A stretch of DNA of 35,714 nt, taken from an uncultured Candidatus Saccharibacteria bacterium. GTDB taxonomy: Bacteria > Patescibacteriota > Minisyncoccia > Sungbacterales > SURF-37. Made by a program: the position numbers and the translations under genes. Position 1 is the stretch's first letter. Every line of letters starts with the position of its first letter. The notes beneath the pieces were generated by a model. The model searched no databases, was not told the origin of the DNA, and saw only the letters and a program-made list of their open reading frames with translations. The DNA lies in NCBI GenBank assembly GCA_964373495.1, contig CAYJUW010000002.1, forward strand, positions 1 through 35,714, in the 5' to 3' direction. Below, piece by piece: positions 7,790-13,955 of the stretch.

Positions 7790-9148
7790 TTACCGGCCTT
7801 GACGTTCGGAAAAGAAATGGGGCGCTGGTAAGGCACTTGGCTGGCGCAGACCCAAAGTCGTTCTCAAAAGCATGAACCCAATGGCCGCGGCGAGCGCGAG
7901 GCCTGCGCCATAGGAGAACGCCGCGTGGCTGCCGAAGCGCTGGCTCAAGTAGCCGAAGATAACGCTCGCCGGCAGGAGGGCCAAGCCGGTAAAGGCGTTA
8001 TAGATGCCAAAAGCCGTGGCGCGGACTTCGGGCGCGACAAGGCCGGCTACGATGGCGCGGCCCACGCCTTCAGTGAGGGCCGCGTAGATACCATAGGCGA
8101 TGAAAAGGAGCCAGATGCTTTTGGCCGATGCGCCATACGCAAGGCCCAAGTAGACCGCCGCAAACACGAGGAGCCCAACCGCAAAGGTGTTGCGCTTGCC
8201 TACGCGATCCGCGAGCGCGCCGAACGGCGCGGCGAGAATCGCAGCGGTGGTGTTGAACGCGAAGTAGAGGATGGGAAGAAGCGCAATGGCAATGCCGACA
8301 TCCCGGGCCTTCAAAATCAAAAAGGCCTCCGAGGCCTTGCCGAGCGAGGCCAGGGTGGCCACGCCGAGGAAGAGGAAAAAGGGAGCGCCGAGGGGCACGA
8401 AACGACTCAGCGCTCCTTCTCTCGAATCGGTTCCCGAATGAGCACGAATAGGCCCCCGAATGTCGGAGATGACGGGGCGCTCCGGTGTTACTCTATTTCC
8501 CTTATCTTCTATATTCTCTCTATCTGCCATCCTCTCGCCAGCCAGTACCTCGCGAACAAAGAAGATAAGGATCAGAACCGCAAAAAAGCTGGCGACGAAC
8601 GAGAGTAGAAAGAGTGTGCGCAGGTTGCCGCCGATGAAGGGCAAAATGGCAAAAGCCGCGAGCGGACCAATGGCCGCGCCGAGCGTATCCATACCGCGGT
8701 GAAAGCCAAAGGCCCGGCCAAAGACCTGCCGCTCGGTGGATAAGCTGATCAGGGCGTCGCGGGGCGCGTCGCGCGTGCCCTTGCCCACGCGATCCATGAA
8801 GCGCACGCCAAGCACGTGCCACGGCACGGCGGCGGCCGCGAGGAACGGCTTGGCCAGTGCGGAGAGCGAGTAGCCGATGACCACGAGGCGCTTTCGCTTC
8901 TGCCACTTGTCCGAGAGCCATCCGGAAAAAATTTTCAAAATGCTCGCCGTGGCCTCGGCCACGCCCTCCACGATCCCGACGAAGGTGAGCGAAGCCCCCA
9001 AAACCGAAGTCAAAAAAATCGGAATGAACGGAAAAATCATGTCCGAGGACAGGTCGTTCAGAAAGCTCACCACCCCCATCCAGACCACGTTTGGCGAGAG
9101 GCCGAGGAAGCCCCGCCGCGGAACCGCTGTTTCTTTTGCCGACTGCAT
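7790..9148 (-). CDS. MFS transporter (12-TM type) with charged central-loop insert
   Basis: 452 aa with many hydrophobic helices. MFS-like N-terminus FLNDLSSDMIFPFIPIFL and loop motif DRVGKRN. Confidence 0.85.
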   Translation of the reverse strand: MQSAKETAVPRRGFLGLSPNVVWMGVVSFLNDLSSDMIFPFIPIFLTSVLGASLTFVGIVEGVAEATASILKIFSGWLSDKWQKRKRLVVIGYSLSALAKPFLAAAAVPWHVLGVRFMDRVGKGTRDAPRDALISLSTERQVFGRAFGFHRGMDTLGAAIGPLAAFAILPFIGGNLRTLFLLSFVASFFAVLILIFFVREVLAGERMADRENIEDKGNRVTPERPVISDIRGPIRAHSGTDSREGALSRFVPLGAPFFLFLGVATLASLGKASEAFLILKARDVGIAIALLPILYFAFNTTAAILAAPFGALADRVGKRNTFAVGLLVFAAVYLGLAYGASAKSIWLLFIAYGIYAALTEGVGRAIVAGLVAPEVRATAFGIYNAFTGLALLPASVIFGYLSQRFGSHAAFSYGAGLALAAAIGFMLLRTTLGLRQPSALPAPHFFSERQGR

Positions 9149-9277
9149 GGTACCATTGTAGCAGAAGGATTGGCGTGGAACAGAAATTTATTGTTTGTCC
9201 GCCAGAATACCGCGCCGCTGGGCGGGCCAGACGCGAGGCGCTTTGCCGGAGGCAAACGCCCCGTCTCCGCGGATGAA

Positions 9278-9306
9278 CCCCGTTAGAAACTCCGTTTCTA
9301 ACGGGG
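9278..9306. repeat. Palindromic repeat copy 2: CCCCGTTAGAAAC-TCC-GTTTCTAACGGGG (intergenic)
   Basis: 13-bp perfect arms. The flank continues the symmetry (…GGGGTGAA). Confidence 0.9.
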
Positions 9307-9360
9307 TGAATGGCGGGAACAAATCACCGCACCATCCCGAACGAAGTGAGGTTAGGGTGC

Positions 9361-9470
9361 GCGATCCCGTACTTCCGCGAACCAGCGTCAGTGGCTCGCC
9401 GAGGCGTCAGTTCGGGCGGTACGGGATCCGCGTAACTTCAACGCTCCCTTTGGTCGCGGAAGTTACGGGA
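9361..9470 (+). other. Region of mutually exclusive helices built from three copies of CCCGTA(A)CTTCCGCGA
   Basis: GATCCCGTACTTCCGCGAAC (9363-9382) can pair with GTTCGGGCGGTACGGGATC (9412-9430) or with TCGCGGAAGTTACGGGA (9453-9469). CGTAACTTC (9432-9440) competes for GAAGTTACG (9458-9466). Confidence 0.35.
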
Positions 9471-9524
9471 CAATAATCCCGAGTCCCGCCGAAAGCGTGG
9501 CGAGGGATCTCGTTCAAAATCATA

Positions 9525-9550
9525 TACCGCACCGCTTTGCGGTGCGGTTA
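9525..9550. repeat. Hairpin repeat family 2, copy 2: TACCGCACCGC-TTT-GCGGTGCGGTTA
   Basis: Matches 5782-5806 apart from one loop T. Confidence 0.8.
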
Positions 9551-9583
9551 CCGAAGATCTCACACACGGGAAGGAGGGCTGGG

Positions 9584-9922
9584 ATGGCAGTACATGCGGA
9601 CGATGCCCTGCACATTACGACCACGCGGCTCAATCGAGCACCGATATACCGCCTGACCGTGAGCCACGGCGGCGTGACGCGACACACCGACCTTGACCTT
9701 GAAGCGGACGTGGCAAACTTCCGGGCGGGCGTTCATCTCGGTTTCACCGAGCGAGACCCCGATCTTCTCCGCCGCGCTGAGCTTGAACCGACCGACCAGT
9801 ACGATCAAATCCGCCGCGAAGGCATCCTCGTCGGGTTGATCGCGGCCGGCGTCGCCATCCCGCCCGTAACCCATCCGGAAGAAACGCCCCATTCGCTCTC
9901 CTGCGAAGACGTCGGGGATTAG
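9584..9922 (+). CDS. Hypothetical protein (112 aa)
   Basis: AAGGAGG 6 nt before the ATG. Strong G/C third-position bias on this strand and a bidirectional terminator downstream. No motif recognised. Confidence 0.5.
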   Translation: MAVHADDALHITTTRLNRAPIYRLTVSHGGVTRHTDLDLEADVANFRAGVHLGFTERDPDLLRRAELEPTDQYDQIRREGILVGLIAAGVAIPPVTHPEETPHSLSCEDVGD

Positions 9923-9929
9923 CCGGCAC

Positions 9930-9968
9930 AAAAACGGCTCGTACCACGAACGGAGCGAGCCGGTTTTT
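9930..9968. terminator. Bidirectional terminator between convergent genes
   Basis: AAAAA-CGGCTCG-(14 nt)-CGAGCCG-TTTTT. Confidence 0.65.
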
Positions 9969-9990
9969 AATACAGCCAGAGCAAGGCAAC

Positions 9991-10548
9991 CTAGATAGGG
10001 AAGCGAGCGATCGTCTCGTACACTGCCCCGCCCGGCTTCAGGTGCGACTCCATCACCGCAACCTCATGCACCTCGAATGAAAAATCAACTTCGCCGAGCA
10101 CGCGGGTTTTGGCTTCGAGCTCGCGGAGCTCGCCCGGCTCAAATCGCGCGAGCGTGACGTGAAGGTGCAGCGGCCGCGACTCAGATTTCAGCGGCGGGAG
10201 GTCGGGCTGCGATGCCCGCAGTTTTTCAAGTTTCTTTTTTAGCTTGGGCAATTCGGACGGCATCTCTCCTTCCAGCCAAATCATCCGCGCCGGCACGCCC
10301 GGCGGAGCCAGGAGCACCCGCGAGAAACGGAGCGCGAATGGCTCCCAGCAGCCGCGGCTCCGCCTAAGTGTCGTGATAAGCGTCTCGAGTATCGGGTCAT
10401 CAAGGTATACCGGCGGGACCAACGTAATATGCCAATTCTCCGGCGGGAGCCACCGGATGGGCAGGAAGCGCCACTGCGTGATGGCCTCGGCAACCTGCTG
10501 CTTCAGCGCGGGCGACAGATCAAGGGCAATGAATATGCGGCGCTTCAT
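9991..10548 (-). CDS. thpR: RNA 2',3'-cyclic phosphodiesterase (ThpR/LigT, 2H family)
   Basis: Two H-x-T-x motifs (WHITLVPP and HLHVTLARF) with the spacing typical of the family. Confidence 0.85.
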   Translation of the reverse strand: MKRRIFIALDLSPALKQQVAEAITQWRFLPIRWLPPENWHITLVPPVYLDDPILETLITTLRRSRGCWEPFALRFSRVLLAPPGVPARMIWLEGEMPSELPKLKKKLEKLRASQPDLPPLKSESRPLHLHVTLARFEPGELRELEAKTRVLGEVDFSFEVHEVAVMESHLKPGGAVYETIARFPI

Positions 10549-10690
10549 TCGCTAATCATACCGAAATCCGAAGCGCGAAGCACGAAATCCGAAACAAATC
10601 CCAATGACCAAAATTCAAAACGTGCTTGGAGTTTTGGCGTTCGGATTTTGAATTTTTGTTTCGGGTTTCGGATTTAGGGTTTAGGGTTTC
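10549..10690. repeat. AT-rich intergenic module F (CCGAAAT/CCGAAGC heptad array, AAAATTCAAAA .. TTTTGAATTTT hairpin, TTTCGGG/TTTCGGA/TTTAGGG array)
   Basis: GAAGCACGAAATCCGA (10578-10593) is the reverse complement of the 2171-2186 word. The terminal 18-mer TTTAGGGTTTAGGGTTTC (10673-10690) is identical to 2961-2978. Confidence 0.75.
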
Positions 10691-10694
10691 CGCG

Positions 10695-10853
10695 CTAGTG
10701 GTTGCGGTCTTCCCACTCCGGCACGGACTCGCCCACGCACCAGAAAAAATGGTAAACCCCGGTCGGGCCGATCCAAGACATTTCTAGTCCTGAGAATTTC
10801 AAGTTGAGCTTGTTTTTGGGGAGATAAAGTTTGTTCTTCGGGACCCATACGAT
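10695..10853 (-). pseudogene. Possible 3' remnant of a gene (…VWVPKNKLYLPKNKLNLKFSGLEMSWIGPTGVYHFFWCVGESVPEWEDRNH*)
   Basis: Open frame bounded by an upstream stop. Third positions are coding-like in the last ~28 codons. No plausible full-length start. Lies beside the IS30 element. Confidence 0.25.
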
Positions 10854-11125
10854 CCTAGACTTTTATGGATGATGCTGCCTTAACCCCTCTCGGTCGGGGT
10901 CACAAGATGCCTGCCGGGCCAGGTCTCCCACCTTCGCTTAAAGCTACGGACGGGCAGGCAAACCCAGATTTCCGCGTCTCCCGCACGAAACTCCCGTGGT
11001 CGGGTGTGTTTGGAACTGTGGATTGGAGGCAGATGGAAAGTGAGTTGTTCGCATCGAGTTTCTTACGAAAATAGAACCGCCCCCCATGCAGTTTCGTTGA
11101 ATTCGCAAGACGAGAAAGAGGCTGA

Positions 11126-12175
11126 AAATTCCCCTTTGAAATGCAACTGCCATAGTATGCAGTTGTATGAAGAAACGTGAGTGGTTTCGGCATTTGACGG
11201 ATAAGGATCGGGACCGTATCCAGGCGCTGCGCGATGACTGGCACTCCCAGCAGGCGATCGCCGAGGTGCTCGGGGTATCGAAGAGCGCCATCTCCCGCGA
11301 ACTGCGGCGCAATCCCACCCGAGTGGGACGCTACGTCGCGGATCGTGCCGCATGGGATGCCTGGGTCAAGCGCAGCCGGAGCAAGTACCCGGGCATGAAG
11401 ATTGAGGAGCACTCGGAGCTCCGGCGCTGCGTCATCCGAGCCTTACAAAGGCTCCGTGCTCCGGATGAGATCGCCGGGCATCTCAAACGCATCGGTGCCT
11501 CACCCCGTGTCGGCACAAACGCCATCTACAAATGGCTGTATGCTGAAGATGGCCACCCGTATTGCCGATACTTGTGCACTCGACGGACCCGCAGACGACG
11601 CCAAAGGGGTGTTTCAAAACGGGTTCTGATACCGGACAGAATACCGCTTCAGGAGCGACCCAATGAGCCTGGGCTCATCCATGCTGAACGCGATCTCTTC
11701 GTATCTCCCCGCCGGGCGCACTCCCGAGGTACGGGTCTCCTCATCGTCGTGCCGGAAACGAAACTCCTCGCAGGTTCGATCCTGCCGAATCGGGAGAGTG
11801 CGATCGTGATGCGATCGGCGAAAACACATTTCGATCGAATGCGCGTTGACACCTGCACCGCAGACAATGGCATCGAAAACGTCGCGCATGCGGCGAGTGG
11901 GGTTCCGACCTACTTCTGCGATCGCGGCGCGCCGTGGCAGAAACCCCATGTGGAGGGCGCGATCGGTCTCGTTCGCCGCTGGTTTCTTCCTAAGGGCACC
12001 GACCTCGCGCTGGTACCCGACCTCGTCTTCCAATCCCAGCTGCATCTTCTGAACGGGAAGTACCGCAAGTCGCTCGGCTATCGGAGCGCGTATGAAGCCG
12101 CACTCGAACGGGGTATCATCACCACAGTACCGCGATTATCCCTAACCCAGGCAGTTGCATTTCGCTAGGGAATTT
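11126..12175 (+). mobile_element. IS30-family insertion sequence (~1050 bp) with ~26-bp terminal inverted repeats
   Basis: IRL AAATTCCCCTTTGAAATGCAACTGCC (11126-11151) versus the reverse complement of IRR GGCAGTTGCATTTCGCTAGGGAATTT (12150-12175). The transposase stop lies inside IRR. No clear target duplication was seen. Confidence 0.8.
11167..12168 (+). CDS. IS30-family DDE transposase
   Basis: N-terminal HTH (QQAIAEVLGVSKSAISRELRRN). DDE blocks HAERDLF, CTADNGIEN and YFCDRGAPWQKPHVEGAIGLVRRWFLPKGTD. Confidence 0.85.
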   Translation: MKKREWFRHLTDKDRDRIQALRDDWHSQQAIAEVLGVSKSAISRELRRNPTRVGRYVADRAAWDAWVKRSRSKYPGMKIEEHSELRRCVIRALQRLRAPDEIAGHLKRIGASPRVGTNAIYKWLYAEDGHPYCRYLCTRRTRRRRQRGVSKRVLIPDRIPLQERPNEPGLIHAERDLFVSPRRAHSRGTGLLIVVPETKLLAGSILPNRESAIVMRSAKTHFDRMRVDTCTADNGIENVAHAASGVPTYFCDRGAPWQKPHVEGAIGLVRRWFLPKGTDLALVPDLVFQSQLHLLNGKYRKSLGYRSAYEAALERGIITTVPRLSLTQAVAFR

Positions 12176-12189
12176 ACCGGCCGAGGTAA

Positions 12190-12218
12190 TTGACTTCTAT
12201 GCCAGGGGTAACTATAAT
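12190..12218 (+). promoter_or_regulatory. Near-consensus sigma70-type promoter TTGACT-17-TATAAT
   Basis: -35 at 12190-12195 and -10 at 12213-12218. Lies 15 nt outside the IS30 right end and ~50 nt upstream of the next ATG. Confidence 0.65.
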
Positions 12219-12266
12219 TTTAGTTCGGAGTCCTTGACATCAAACGTTTTACTGGCGGGGGGAGAA

Positions 12267-12824
12267 ATGGGTGAATACATGATTCGTAGGCTGAAGCGGG
12301 GCGATCTAGAGATCGATCAGCGGATACGACGGCTGGTGGAGGTCCTCAACAGGGTGCCTGGAGTGTCTACCACCGAGAGTTGCGGCGGTCATCCAGAGCC
12401 CAGGACGTCTGGGGTGCCGGAGAATGAATTCTACGTCTGCTTTCAAATCTGGCACTCCCGTCTTGCCCGGCGTGCCCTAACATTCATCTCGGCGGCCGCC
12501 TTTCATGCCAAGCTGATGACGGAAGATCCCGGAGGGATTGCCGATGCCGAGGCCACAATCGAGGTAATAACGGCGTTCGATGATCTCGATACGATACCAC
12601 GGGTAGACTCGCTGGCATACAAGCTCAAAGGTAAGCATGTCCTGCCCGACCTCCTCGCAGAGTACATCGAACGGATCGCCAAAGAGGGCCGCCGTCTCTG
12701 CCCAGGCATCCTTGGCGCGGAACTTGGGGAGAAGTACTTCGGTTCAGAGGTTATTGACGCAAGACTTGAGCGCAGGTTCGGTGCGGAGTTCGTGGCAAAG
12801 TACCTTAAAAAGAGGGAAGGGTGA
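12267..12824 (+). CDS. Hypothetical protein (185 aa)
   Basis: Intact ORF with its own promoter and terminator. The only motif-like string is TTESCGGHPEP. Start could be 12267 or 12279. Confidence 0.55.
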   Translation: MGEYMIRRLKRGDLEIDQRIRRLVEVLNRVPGVSTTESCGGHPEPRTSGVPENEFYVCFQIWHSRLARRALTFISAAAFHAKLMTEDPGGIADAEATIEVITAFDDLDTIPRVDSLAYKLKGKHVLPDLLAEYIERIAKEGRRLCPGILGAELGEKYFGSEVIDARLERRFGAEFVAKYLKKREG

Positions 12825-12834
12825 GGAATACCCG

Positions 12835-12880
12835 GGCACATCATCGCGGCCAAACTGCCTGCGAGCGTGTGCCTTTTTTT
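12835..12880 (+). terminator. Terminator-like hairpin with T7 run
   Basis: GGCACA …GGC-CAAACT-GCC… TGTGCC followed by TTTTTTT. Confidence 0.55.
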
Positions 12881-12896
12881 CTGCTGCTATTTGTAG

Positions 12897-12969
12897 CTCC
12901 GGGGCCTGGATTCGAACCAGGATCTCGTGGTCCAGAGCCACGCGAGCATACCAGTTGCTCCACCCCGGA
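12897..12969 (-). tRNA. tRNA-Gln (anticodon CUG), no encoded CCA
   Basis: Manual cloverleaf: TCCGGGG TG GAGC AACTGGTAT GCTC G CGTGG CTCTGGA CCACG AGAT CCTGG TTCGAAT CCAGG CCCCGGA G. It has U1-A72 and G73. Confidence 0.85.
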
Positions 12970-12973
12970 ATAA

Positions 12974-13888
12974 TCAATATCTTCTAAATTTAACCTGTTT
13001 TGAAAATTTTTCAACCTCGCGCTTCTTTCTGAGTCTGGTCGAGGTAGTCCTAAACTCCGGATGGTACCCAAGTAACCGTAATCCTCGCCCTACGATCTGC
13101 AGTAAACTTACATTCCGATTTGAAAATTGCAGGTTATACGTGTACGTCGGCGGGTGTATCGAGAGCGAACCCTCCGCCTCGAAAAGCCCTCGCAACAGCC
13201 GAATGACATGGCGCTTGTTACCCCAAATCCATCTCGGTATCCCAATCGTCAGATCCCTCCGGCTCCCCGCGGGAACCCCGAGCCGTCCTGAAATGTCTGT
13301 CTGATATAACCTGATTCTGACGCAATTCTTTCCTGTAACGCGACTGACCGTTGGTTGTTTTCTGAATATCCTTCGCGTCAAGCGAGCATACCGGTTGATG
13401 AAGCCGGGATTATTTGAGTTCGCAGAGATCGTCATCCCCTCGGTTCTAGGGAATTTAGTTATGTTCCCATCGCCGAGCATAACGCCAATGAATTCTGCAA
13501 GATCGCCGTTCTTTGGAAGACGTTTTATGGCGTACACTGCGCACCGGCGCCCCAGACGAAAAAACCAGCCTCGGGCTTTAGCTTTTTCCCTCCAGACAGC
13601 GAAATTATCAATGTGCTTCTGCCGAAACGTTTCTGAAATCTTTGCTACGCCCGGATGCGTTTCTTTGGTGTACCCGGTATTCCACGGCGGCGGGCGCCGG
13701 CGCAAACTCAATCGCCACCGGCGGTAGCGGGGATCGGACTCCGAGAGCGTGCCGACATTGACCCCAAAACCGGTGATCTTTGTTTTAAAGCGACGGTTAT
13801 AGGCGGCGACTGAAGTCCGGTGTTCTCGACCGAGATGCGTATGGGTGATGACCGCGAACCGCTTGCCGCAAAACTGGCAGGCAATCAT
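12974..13888 (-). CDS. Free-standing double-motif LAGLIDADG homing endonuclease with N-terminal Cys2His2-like finger and NUMOD3-like motif
   Basis: LAEFIGVMLGDGNI and LLRGLFEAEGSL form the two LAGLIDADG motifs. N-terminus is CQFCGKRFAVITHTHLGREH, followed by WNTGYTKETHPGVAKISE. Confidence 0.85.
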   Translation of the reverse strand: MIACQFCGKRFAVITHTHLGREHRTSVAAYNRRFKTKITGFGVNVGTLSESDPRYRRWRLSLRRRPPPWNTGYTKETHPGVAKISETFRQKHIDNFAVWREKAKARGWFFRLGRRCAVYAIKRLPKNGDLAEFIGVMLGDGNITKFPRTEGMTISANSNNPGFINRYARLTRRIFRKQPTVSRVTGKNCVRIRLYQTDISGRLGVPAGSRRDLTIGIPRWIWGNKRHVIRLLRGLFEAEGSLSIHPPTYTYNLQFSNRNVSLLQIVGRGLRLLGYHPEFRTTSTRLRKKREVEKFSKQVKFRRY

Positions 13889-13955
13889 TGCCCCCAGTAT
13901 AGCATGAGGTGTAAAAATTACCTACCACTACACGATCCCCGAACGCGGACGTATC

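Noticed and set aside
9326-9385. 5S rRNA-like string CACCATCCCGAACGAAGTGAGGTTAGGGTGCGCGATCCCGTAC, resembling the conserved CCCATGCCGAAC…GAAGTGAAAC…GCGCCGATGGTAG part of 5S rRNA
   Set aside because: The flanks cannot form helix I. The following hairpin is about 66 nt where 5S has about 39. Helix III topology does not match. I treated it as chance similarity within a repeat-rich spacer. A 5S covariance-model scan would settle the question.
9560-9931. Minus-strand 123-aa ORF opposite the 9584..9922 gene
   Set aside because: It has the same codon phase as the plus ORF. Third-position G/C bias, the AAGGAGG site and the downstream bidirectional terminator all favour the plus strand.
10865-11074. 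69-aa plus-strand ORF left of the IS30 element, and an IR-like string GCAGTTTCGTTGAATTC at 11089-11105
   Set aside because: The ORF has no RBS and no motif. The IR resemblance is weak, with scattered matches only. The evidence is insufficient to call a gene or a solo IS end.
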